64,000 nt of DNA from Prorocentrum cordatum (Eukaryota): NCBI GenBank assembly GCA_963575745.1, contig CAUYUJ010000100.1, forward strand, positions 1-64,000, read 5' to 3'. The position numbers and the translations under genes are program-made. Below the pieces are notes generated by a model, which did no database searches, was not told the DNA's origin, and worked only from the letters and a program-made list of their open reading frames with translations. Shown here piece after piece: positions 55,811 through 64,000 of this stretch; position 1 is the stretch's first letter, and every line of letters begins with the position of its first letter.

Positions 55811-56037
55811 CCTCCTCCTGCTCCTCCTCCTCCTCCTCCTCCTCCCTCCTCCCTTCTCCCTCCTCCCTCCTCCCTCCTCCTCCTCCTCCTCCTCCCTCCT
55901 CCTCCTCCCCCTCCTCCTCCTCGTCCTCCTCCTCCTCCTCCTCCTCCTCCTCCTCCCACTCCCTCCTCCTCCTCCTCCTCCTCCTCCTCCTCCTTCTCCT
56001 CCTCCTCCTCCTCCTCCTCCCCCTCCTCCTCCCCCTC
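55811..56037. repeat. (CCT)n microsatellite flanking the 5' side of the LINE
   Basis: Read directly from the sequence. Confidence 0.95.
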
Positions 56038-56058
56038 CGGGGCAGGCGCGGGGGGCTC

Positions 56059-56316
56059 ATGGGACGGGCTCACCTCCCGGACTGGGCGCGCCACATGCTC
56101 GCAGCGGTCCAGTTCGACCTCCTGGCCCTCCGGCTCCTGAGGAACCAGCTCCGGGAGTTCTTGGCGGTCGTCGAGGGCATCATCCAGCAGAGGGAGCAGG
56201 AGCAGACCCAGCCTCAGCAGCCTCAGCAGCAGCAGCAGGCGCCGAGTCAGCACCCTCAGCCGGAGCGGCTGCCGCGGCCTCTCCCGCGGCCGCTGGCTCA
56301 GCGCCGCCCTCGGTGA
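56059..56316 (+). CDS. Small upstream ORF (85 aa) of the LINE
   Basis: ATG at 56059; strong GC3 bias; helical DLLALRLLRNQLREFLAVVEGIIQQ then a Q/P-rich tail; stop overlaps a GTG of the ORF1 frame. Confidence 0.5.
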   Translation: MGRAHLPDWARHMLAAVQFDLLALRLLRNQLREFLAVVEGIIQQREQEQTQPQQPQQQQQAPSQHPQPERLPRPLPRPLAQRRPR

Positions 56317-57617
56317 TCCAAGGCATTGGAGGACTACATGGAGAAGACCCGCTGGCTGCTGCGGACCCCTGGGCGGCCGCCACCCCGCTCCGGCCTGCCA
56401 GACGCCGTCGCCCGCCAGCCTCTGGGACGCTGAGTGGCGAGGCAGCGAGGCGCAAGCAGGGCCGGGCAGCTGCGGACGGGAGCATGGAGGAGGAGGAGGA
56501 CGTCGATGGCCGTGGTGCTGCAGACGTACGTCGTGACATCTACGGTGGTGGCGCCCTCGATGACGACAGGGAGTTCGCGGAGTGCCTCTCAGGGGATGAG
56601 GGGATTGGGGGACTGCCTACGCCCGTCGGGTCCCCTGCCGGGGCTGGGGCGCCTGCTGGCTTCGCATTCGCGCCGCCGGGCCCTGGGGCTCCCGCTGCGG
56701 CAGCGCCCGGTGCCGGGCCTCCCATGCCAGGCGACGGGGCTGGGGCACCGGTCGGAGAGGCTGTCCGGCCGCCTGGCCGCGCGGCTGCGAGGGGGGCCCC
56801 CGTGGTGGAGGAGGAGACGGAGGAGAGCGACCGGGCATTCATGAAGAGGATGTTCACGGCCCTCAACGCCAATGTGGACGGCCTCCGGTCCGAGATGACC
56901 CTTTTCTCGAACACTGTGCGGGACCACGGGGAGAGGATCGGGAAGGTGGAGGGGAGGCAGGACGATACTGAGACGCGGACGGCCGATCTCGAAGCTGCGG
57001 TGACCACCCTGCAGATGGAGCAGTCGGCGCTGCAGGCGGAAATCGAGGGCATGAAGAAAGTGCGGGTGCCCGCAGACGCCGGCGGAGATGCGCGCCAGGC
57101 ACGGAGGCTCCCCCCATGGGCTGGCGTCCCGCGTGGGGAGTGCGACGTTTTTGTCATGACCAACCTCGGCTGGAACACGAAGGCGCCGGAGCTCGAGCAG
57201 CGTGCGCGGGAGATTCTGAGGAACCTTGGCACCGACAACCCCATGGACCTCAAGGCCCCGTACGCGTATGGAAGCCTCGTGGAGGTCAAGTTCAGCACGG
57301 TGGGGGTGGGGCAGAAGACCGCGTACACCGTCAAGCAGGCGCTCCTGGACGGCCATGGGGGGAGGAAGATTTGGATGGGCCCCATTTCCACGAGGGAGGA
57401 ACGCATGCCGGGCAAGCAGTGGGGTAAGCTCAAGGAGGAGGTGGGGACGAAGCTTCAGGGTCGTAACGTCGTCTTCTGCGAGCGCACCCGTGCGGTCTGG
57501 TTGGATGACGCGAAGGTGGGCAGGCTGATGGCGGGCGAGTTCCTGTGGGAGGTGCCGGCGGCGTCGCCGGTCAAGGAGCTTCTGGGCGACACGGTTGCCC
57601 GGGCGCTTCAGCAGTGA
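56313..57617 (+). CDS. LINE ORF1-like protein (disordered N-terminus, coiled coil, RRM-like region); first ATG at 56484
   Basis: Heptad-like HGERIGKVEGRQDDTETRTADLEAAVTTLQME followed by VFVMTNLGW...VEVKF; GC3 bias; position ahead of ORF2. Confidence 0.8.
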   Translation: MIQGIGGLHGEDPLAAADPWAAATPLRPARRRRPPASGTLSGEAARRKQGRAAADGSMEEEEDVDGRGAADVRRDIYGGGALDDDREFAECLSGDEGIGGLPTPVGSPAGAGAPAGFAFAPPGPGAPAAAAPGAGPPMPGDGAGAPVGEAVRPPGRAAARGAPVVEEETEESDRAFMKRMFTALNANVDGLRSEMTLFSNTVRDHGERIGKVEGRQDDTETRTADLEAAVTTLQMEQSALQAEIEGMKKVRVPADAGGDARQARRLPPWAGVPRGECDVFVMTNLGWNTKAPELEQRAREILRNLGTDNPMDLKAPYAYGSLVEVKFSTVGVGQKTAYTVKQALLDGHGGRKIWMGPISTREERMPGKQWGKLKEEVGTKLQGRNVVFCERTRAVWLDDAKVGRLMAGEFLWEVPAASPVKELLGDTVARALQQ

Positions 57618-57629
57618 GGCCCTTCCCAC

Positions 57630-60584
57630 GTGCCTGCCCTGGCTTGCGCTTTAAACATCGAGGGCAAGGGGGGCACGGATGCAGACATTAATTCAATTTT
57701 GGGGCTCCTGGAGCTGAAATCCTGGGGGCTCATCGCCCTTCTGGAGGTCGACCACCGCCGGCGTTGCGATCCCAGCGACAGCATCCTCCGGGAGTTTGAA
57801 GGTGGTCACGCGTGCGTGCGCCACTACCCAGGCGAGGGCTCGTGGGCTTTTGCTCTTTTAATTCACAAGCATGCAAGGGCACGATTGAAGGACGTGGAGT
57901 GCGGGGATCGGTCTATTCGCGTGGACCTTTTTCACACTTCGCCTGATAGTAAACAAGTTTCTCTTAAGTCTGTTCTTTTTAGCCATTTGGCGCACGGCGC
58001 CGCTTTTGAAGACAGCTTGGCCGATGCTCAGGGCCTCGCGCGCCGGAGGCCGCGCAACTCGTCTTTGTTCAGGCTGGGCGATGTGATTGCGGATTCCAAG
58101 AAGCCTTGGCAGGAGACATGGTCCCTGTACACGGGTGCGCTTCGAGGTTTGGGTCTCCAGTGGGCCCCGCCCCGCTATTTCGAGGCGGACCCAGCGTTGC
58201 ATTGCACTCGCAGGCCGTCGGGGGCCCAAGTAGGGCAGCCAGCAAACATAGACCATGCAGCAGCACCTACAGGCCTCCACGTGGACGCATTCATTCGGTG
58301 GCAGGGAGTGCCGGGAGATCATGCGCTTCTCGCCGTTGATGCTTTGATGGTGGAGCCTCGGAGGAGGTGCCGGAGACCTCCGAGGTGGCGGCCTCAGTGC
58401 GTTCTCTCTGTCGCCCGCGTTGCGTCGCAGCTTTACCCTGTATGCTCAGAGCTTGTACGGCACGACGACCTGCAAAAACCATCATCTTGCGAGGTGCGGT
58501 GCCACGAGCCGCCGGAATTCTCAGAATCGTTCGGATACTGGGAGCAGTCGGTGGCGGATATTGTTTCTGCCACTCATCGGGTGGGTTCCTCTAGTGTCCG
58601 CAGAGCCTGCCATGAGCCCCTGTGGGTCAAGGCCATCAGGAGAAGATTGAGAACATGTCTCGACGAAGTCCGCCGCGTCGAGATAGGCAAGGACCTCCTG
58701 AGGGCCTTGAAGATCACCCGGAAATCTTCGGAGAAGCAGGCTTTGGCCATCAAGTGTCTCAGAGGGGAGAAAGTTTGGGTGTCTCGCAAGCCTCTCCCAG
58801 CAGTCAGGGGTTTCATCCAGGCTGGCGCCGTCGTGTACGATCCCTCCGTTTGCGCTGCCCTGGTCGATGCCGAGTTCCGCAAAAGGTGGGGCGTCCCTCC
58901 AGCGGAATGGGACGAGGAGAATGCTGCAGTCCGCCAGCTTGCCACTTCGAGGGTCCCGCGTCTCCGGGTGCAGCCTGGAGTACTTGACATGGCAGTGGAT
59001 CGCATCAAGAACTCTGATAAAATCGACAAGCACGGAGCCTGTGTGGCCGCGCTGCGGATGGCGGGCTGGGTCCGGAGGACCAGGGACGTAGTGGAGGAAA
59101 CTTTGAATAGTGACGTGTTCTGGCAGAGCGTCGTCTTGACCGGCACGATCGGAAATAAGGAGAAAGACATCTCGGGGCCGGAGGCCACGAGAGTCGTCAT
59201 CCCCCAGTCTATGCTTGCGCAGCTGTGTCATGCATACGTTGCGGAGATCCTGGAGCCGTACCTGGAATCGTTCGCGGCCTCGCACTCCTTGTCGGGGCTC
59301 GTTTTGGGCCTTGGTAAAGGCGGGCAGGTGCAGGATCTTTTCACCACGGCGTCGCAGGTTCTGGAGGTCGGAAGAGATAGGTTCAACGAGGCTGCAGTGG
59401 CCATTGCGGACGTAAAGGCTCGCCAGGACCAGATTCGGTACAGTTGCGTCTTCAGGAGTCTGTTCGCTCGAGATGTTCCTCGGGAACTTGCTGCTGCTGC
59501 GATTCGCCTGCACAGAGCCCCGGCCATTCAAATCGACATTATGGGCACGACGACGCAGGAGATTAGGAGGTCGAGGGGGTTGCACATGGGTGCGCTCACT
59601 GCGGGTATGCTGGCCCGTCTGACCATCGAGGACGCTTTCGTCGCGTGCATGGACAGGCTGAGCCAGGCCGAGGTGGGTTTCATGTTGGGCAGTCACCAGC
59701 TTCTCTTTTCCGCGTGGAGTGACAACCTTTTCAGTTTCGCGCCCACCGTGGGCAAGGCAGCTGAGATCATGACGGCGGTAGAGAAGGCCCTTTGGAGCAA
59801 GCACCGCCTGTTCGTGAAGCCAGACAGCCGGGAAATGGTCACAGCGAGCCACGTCACTTTCGAGAGCTACGATTTCCGGGACAGTCGTGGGTGCCGCTGG
59901 AAGGTGCAGCCGGCTGTGAAAATTTTAGGGCCATTGATATCGTGCACGGGCTGCTGCGCGGAAGACGTAAAGGCCACAACTCAAAAGATTTACGCTTGCT
60001 TCTGGAAGAACAGCCGCTTCTTGACCAACAGCGGCATCCCCATCCGTAGAAGGCTACAGAAACTCAGCGGTGTTGCTGGAGGCATCATCAGAGCCAGGGC
60101 TGCGTCGTGGCCCCCGTGCCAGGCCACGGAGACTTTTTTGGATAGAAGGCAGTCAAAGCTTTTAGCGTGGATGCTCCGGCTGCGCTGTAAGCCGAACGAG
60201 ACTCCACAACAGTTTTGCCTGCGCAGAAACCGCGCGGTCAAAGAGCTGGCGGCCACGAAGTGGTCGAAGTTTCATCTGTACTCGTGTTTGTCCTGGCACT
60301 CACACCTCCAGAGGCACCCAGACAGCTGGGCAGCCAGAGCGGCCAGTGAGCAGGACCACGACTGGGTCAGCTCACAAAGGCGCGTCTGGGTGTCGGCATC
60401 CAGCAGGTCTTCTAAAACTTTTTCCAGAAAAGGCCGGGGCAAGGTCCACCGCTGGGACCAATCGGGCTGGACTTCCCGGTTTAATCCGGCGGGGACGCGG
60501 GATCCCAAAATCATCTGGAATTTAGCGGACGACCCTTCGCGCAGTCTTGGCTGCAAAGGCAGACTTGGAGAGGCTTGCCCCTGA
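57630..60584 (+). CDS. LINE ORF2: APE-like endonuclease plus reverse transcriptase (984 aa)
   Basis: EN motifs LNIEG, IALLEV, SHLAH, LGDV, NIDH, GDHALL; RT motifs TRVVIP, GLGKG, ADVKARQD, RGLHMG, AWSDNL, KILG. Confidence 0.9.
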   Translation: MPALACALNIEGKGGTDADINSILGLLELKSWGLIALLEVDHRRRCDPSDSILREFEGGHACVRHYPGEGSWAFALLIHKHARARLKDVECGDRSIRVDLFHTSPDSKQVSLKSVLFSHLAHGAAFEDSLADAQGLARRRPRNSSLFRLGDVIADSKKPWQETWSLYTGALRGLGLQWAPPRYFEADPALHCTRRPSGAQVGQPANIDHAAAPTGLHVDAFIRWQGVPGDHALLAVDALMVEPRRRCRRPPRWRPQCVLSVARVASQLYPVCSELVRHDDLQKPSSCEVRCHEPPEFSESFGYWEQSVADIVSATHRVGSSSVRRACHEPLWVKAIRRRLRTCLDEVRRVEIGKDLLRALKITRKSSEKQALAIKCLRGEKVWVSRKPLPAVRGFIQAGAVVYDPSVCAALVDAEFRKRWGVPPAEWDEENAAVRQLATSRVPRLRVQPGVLDMAVDRIKNSDKIDKHGACVAALRMAGWVRRTRDVVEETLNSDVFWQSVVLTGTIGNKEKDISGPEATRVVIPQSMLAQLCHAYVAEILEPYLESFAASHSLSGLVLGLGKGGQVQDLFTTASQVLEVGRDRFNEAAVAIADVKARQDQIRYSCVFRSLFARDVPRELAAAAIRLHRAPAIQIDIMGTTTQEIRRSRGLHMGALTAGMLARLTIEDAFVACMDRLSQAEVGFMLGSHQLLFSAWSDNLFSFAPTVGKAAEIMTAVEKALWSKHRLFVKPDSREMVTASHVTFESYDFRDSRGCRWKVQPAVKILGPLISCTGCCAEDVKATTQKIYACFWKNSRFLTNSGIPIRRRLQKLSGVAGGIIRARAASWPPCQATETFLDRRQSKLLAWMLRLRCKPNETPQQFCLRRNRAVKELAATKWSKFHLYSCLSWHSHLQRHPDSWAARAASEQDHDWVSSQRRVWVSASSRSSKTFSRKGRGKVHRWDQSGWTSRFNPAGTRDPKIIWNLADDPSRSLGCKGRLGEACP

Positions 60585-60640
60585 GAGCTTGTGACACCGG
60601 GGATTCTCCGCCTCCAACGGGCGTGTCATCATCATCATCA

Positions 60641-60850
60641 TCCTCCTCCTCCTTCTCCTCCTCCTCCTCCTCCTCCTCCTCCTCCTCCTCTCCTCCTCGT
60701 CCTCCTCCTCGTCCTCCTCCTCCTCCTCCTCCTCCTCGCGTTCCGCATGCTCCTCCTCCCTCCTCCTCTTCCTCCTCCTCCTCCTCCTCTTCCTCCTCCT
60801 CCGCCTCCTCCTCGTCCTCCTCCTCCTCCTCATCCTCCTCCTCATCCTCA
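60641..60850. repeat. (TCC)n microsatellite flanking the 3' side of the LINE
   Basis: Read directly from the sequence. Confidence 0.95.
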
Positions 60851-61593
60851 TTCCCTCTATCTCCCATCTGCGCGGCTACCCGCCCCTCCCTCCCCCCCCT
60901 CCATCCCTCCCACCTCTCTCCTCTCTTTCTGTTCCTATTGTGCCCCCTCATTCGCGTGCAATTCCCCTCTCGATCAGTGATTTGCCAGCCTTGGCGGAGG
61001 ATGTCTGGTCAGAAATTGCCTGCAGCATCGCCGTGCGCGACCGCGAACGTTCGCGCCGCAGCATGAACTGGCCCGCGCCTGGCTGTCGGCCAGGGCCCGC
61101 GCTCGCTCGAGCGGCCGCGCCGGCTTCGCAAATTCTGAAACACACGCTGCGGGGCCAGCCCGCGGGGTTGACGCCGGCCCCGCGCCGACAAAAACCAGGC
61201 TTGCAAATCCCAGCGACATCCCAGTGAAATCCCAAGGAAATCCCAACGCAGATCCCAACGTGGTTTTACCAAATCACAATGGGTTTTTCCTGATACATCA
61301 TGGTTTTCTTGAAATCCGCGAAATCCCAGCGCAAATCCCAACGCAAATCCCATCGGTGATTTCGAGCTGGCGCACCGTCTGACACGCGCGGTTCGACCTC
61401 GCGAAGCCGAACATCATGTCGGAATCAGCGTCGGCCCCCTGCCCTCACCCGCGCCCCTCCCGATCCGCCCCTCGGTGCCCCCCCCCAGCTATTATCGTAT
61501 CGATTGTTTGGCCACGAGGTGCCGATTTTCGCCGATTCGAGTGTTTGGATTCTCCCTTGGCGTAACGGCCTGATCCGAGCAGGCGAGCCTCGG

Positions 61594-62244
61594 TCACTTC
61601 TGCCTCTGGCCGTGGCAGCCTTGGAGGGCGTTCAGGACCTCCCTGACAGCGTTCAGCGGCCCGTCGGGCTGGGGCAGGGCGCCCAGGGCCGCGGTGAAGT
61701 CCTTCTCCGAGAGCGTGCTCTTCATGGCCGTGAACTCCATGGACATCACCTTCTGAAGGATCGGCACCTCCATCGCATGCTCGGTGAGCTTCTTGAGGCC
61801 CGCGTCGAGCTCGGGCATCAAGGGGTCGTTTTTCGCCCAGCTCCATTCGTCCATGTTGGACACGTTCCACACCATGGATTCGCCACGGGCCTTCACCTTC
61901 GCGCACATCTCGAAGTTCTCCTTCGCTTTGGCCAGCGCCTGCTTGTCAACCTTCTCGTTGGGGCTCTGCTGCTGCCTCGCTGCCTTCCTGGGCTGCTTGG
62001 GCGGCTGCTGGTCATCATGGCACTTGGTGGCGCCCCTGGACCGCTTGGGCGGCTTCGCCACCTCTGCGCGTGCTGGTTCGACCTCGCGCTTCTCGACGAG
62101 CTGCTTGGTCGCCGCGTCGGCCGCGGGCGTGTGCTCGACGCCCTTGGCGGGCGCCTCGACAGGCGCACTGGTCTCCGCCTTCGGGGCGGCCTGGCTCGTG
62201 ACCGTGCCCAGGGCGGCCGAGGTCGGGTTGTCGCCCTCCGAGTA
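61594..62244 (-). CDS. Terminal exon of an unknown multi-exon protein
   Basis: Stop-terminated frame with strong GC3 bias (..MVWNVSNMDEWSWAKND..), candidate ttcccag acceptor. Confidence 0.7.
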   Translation of the reverse strand, partial: YSEGDNPTSAALGTVTSQAAPKAETSAPVEAPAKGVEHTPAADAATKQLVEKREVEPARAEVAKPPKRSRGATKCHDDQQPPKQPRKAARQQQSPNEKVDKQALAKAKENFEMCAKVKARGESMVWNVSNMDEWSWAKNDPLMPELDAGLKKLTEHAMEVPILQKVMSMEFTAMKSTLSEKDFTAALGALPQPDGPLNAVREVLNALQGCHGQRQK

Positions 62245-62491
62245 CTGGGAACAACTCACCATAGTTAGCATCACCACCATCATCATCAGCATCAGCATCA
62301 GCATCATCATCCTCATCATCATCATCCATGTCCCCCCTCATCCTCGTCACCATCCTCCTCATCCTCGTCCACCGCCTCCGCCGCCGCGCCAATTTTCATC
62401 CGCTCATTCCTCCGCAGCATCTCATCTTCATCAGCTCAGTCCCCCCCCCCTCAACTTTCCCACCCTCCGCCTCGTCATCCTCTACATATAC

Positions 62492-62595
62492 AGCGCGACG
62501 GCCAACAGTTCATGCCCCCAGTCCGTGGGCTTGGCCGTCAGCTGGCTCCACTCCTTGTGCTTGGTCCAGGCCTCCGTGAAGCAGTGGACGTGCCC
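62492..62595 (-). CDS. Internal exon GHVHCFTEAWTKHKEWSQLTAKPTD; 3' boundary uncertain
   Basis: Coding-like island between GAT-rich tracts; ataag|ggg acceptor. Confidence 0.6.
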
Positions 62596-63138
62596 CTTAT
62601 ATGCCGCCATCGTGATTATCATCATCCTCATCGGTCTCATCATTCGCATCCGCACCCGCCCTCCCCGTCACCGCCATGATATCCCCCCCCCTCATGTTCC
62701 GCATCGTCCGCCTATTATTCATCATCAGTGTCCTCATCCAACTACTCATCCGTCTTTTCGCCATCCCCATCGCCATCGCCAGCGTGGTTACGAACGCCAC
62801 CATCACCCTCACCATCCTCCATCGCCTCGCCATCGTCACCCACATAGTCACATGCACCGCCACCTGCCATATCCGCATCCTCATTGCGATCCTCATCGTC
62901 GCCACCCACATCAGCATCACCTGCCTCATAGATCAACTTCATAACATCGTTTACACTAGTCACACAACCAACAATGTCATCGTCACCATCAGTCATCGTC
63001 ATCAGCACAGCGGCATCGCCACCGTCGTCAGCATCACCATCACACGCAGCCTCACCACCAGTGCCATTATCATCATCACCACAGTCATCATCATTCGGTC
63101 ATGGGTTCGATATCGCATCAGCGTGTTAAGTGCCCCGC

Positions 63139-63234
63139 CGTCTTGCAGTGCAGCGCCTGGATCGCCTCCGACGCGTCGTCGAATAGGATCCACGGGGGGC
63201 CGATCTGGATGGCCTTGGAGACGACGCGGGCTGC
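63139..63234 (-). CDS. Internal exon AARVVSKAIQIGPPWILFDDASEAIQALHCKT
   Basis: ccag|G acceptor, G|GC donor, 96 nt, phase 0. Confidence 0.65.
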
Positions 63235-63464
63235 CTGGGAGGACGGATAGTCGCCGCCACCACGCTGCCACCATCTCTCCAGATTGTTCCCAAATCGTCT
63301 GAGAGCACACCGCTCATCAGCACCACCCTCATCATCATCATCATCACCATCAGCAGCACCATCATCATCTTGATGCACCCGTCTCCCTCCGCATCCGCAT
63401 CATCACCATCAACAGCAACATCGTCATACTTCTAGTCCACACCACCCCTCGTCATCATCATCAT

Positions 63465-63514
<50 letters not shown>

Positions 63515-63630
63515 CCATCATCTGTCCACTCCTCCATCTCATATACCGTCATACCTTGGCATCCCATCATCATCAATACATTCTCCGCCCCCCCCCCCGC
63601 CGTCGCGACATTCAGTATCACCGTTCGCGC

Positions 63631-63744
63631 CTGTCGCCAGCCCAGGGCCCCTCCGCCGTTGATCCAGGCGATCCGCCCCACGGGGCGGTAGACGCCCTTG
63701 ACGTAGACCTGGCGCTTGTCCTCCTTCGTGTGGGTCCGCTTGTC
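63631..63744 (-). CDS. Internal exon DKRTHTKEDKRQVYVKGVYRPVGRIAWINGGGALGWRQ
   Basis: ccag|G acceptor, cag|GC donor, 114 nt, GC3 bias. Confidence 0.65.
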
Positions 63745-63957
63745 CTGGGGCGGCGGTGGCGGCGCATCTCCATCGCTCACCATGCCCATCCCCTGATCAG
63801 TCGAGCCCCCTTTGCATCGGTCCCTCGGCCCCCCTCCCCTCTATCTTTCCGCCGGCGCATCGGTCCATCGGTCCTCGGGCCATGGGCCCATCGGCCCTCG
63901 TTGTCATGTCTCCCCCCAGGGTTGTGCACGCTGCGTTTCTGTTGGGGCCCAGTGCCC

Positions 63958-63999
63958 ATGAATGTGTCGAACTCGCCTTTGGCCCAGCTCGCCCTGAAA
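63958..63999 (-). CDS. Probable upstream exon FRASWAKGEFDTFM running off the window
   Basis: Coding-like frame at the window edge; donor not resolved. Confidence 0.4.
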
Positions 64000-64000
64000 T

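Larger units (their letters stand above)
56038..60640 (+). mobile_element. Near full-length non-LTR retrotransposon (APE-type LINE)
   Basis: ORF0-ORF1-ORF2 layout, ~40-nt 3' UTR, (TCA)5 tail, (CCT)n on both sides. Confidence 0.9.

Noticed and set aside
57979..57996. tagccatttggcgcacg SL-like word
   Set aside because: It lies inside LINE ORF2 and encodes the SHLAH endonuclease motif.
56540..59852. Long antisense ORFs over the LINE
   Set aside because: They are the expected shadow of GC3-rich sense ORFs.
61203..61352. aaatccca repeats as telomere-like sequence
   Set aside because: They are irregularly spaced and do not match a TTTAGGG-type tandem.

Overview
This is GC-rich, repeat-dominated eukaryotic genomic DNA, most likely from a dinoflagellate. 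That assignment is inferred from a relict spliced-leader motif matching the known DinoSL, GC- and GA-type intron donors with AG|G acceptors, and the repeat landscape; the species cannot be determined. About a third of the window is compound triplet microsatellite (GAT/GCT, GGA, AAG/AAT, GTC), and there is one 100-N assembly gap. Most long ORFs in the track are artefacts of these repeats. Coding content I can support: (1) a nearly intact non-LTR retrotransposon at ~56040-60640, with a small upstream ORF, ORF1 and an APE-endonuclease/RT ORF2 that lies in frame behind a single TGA and has a WSDN motif in place of YADD; (2) two decayed LINE RT copies; (3) a PPPDE/DeSI peptidase N-terminal exon preceded by a relict spliced leader; (4) a multi-exon minus-strand gene at the window end; (5) two weaker coding fragments. 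Non-coding structure includes 77-102 bp tandem arrays that share a terminal hairpin motif and at least seven short terminal-inverted-repeat (MITE-like) families. One MITE copy has a 4-bp TSD and would splice out cleanly as a GA-AG intron (Introner-like). No CRISPR array, rRNA or tRNA is supported. All alignments were done by eye and most boundaries are approximate.
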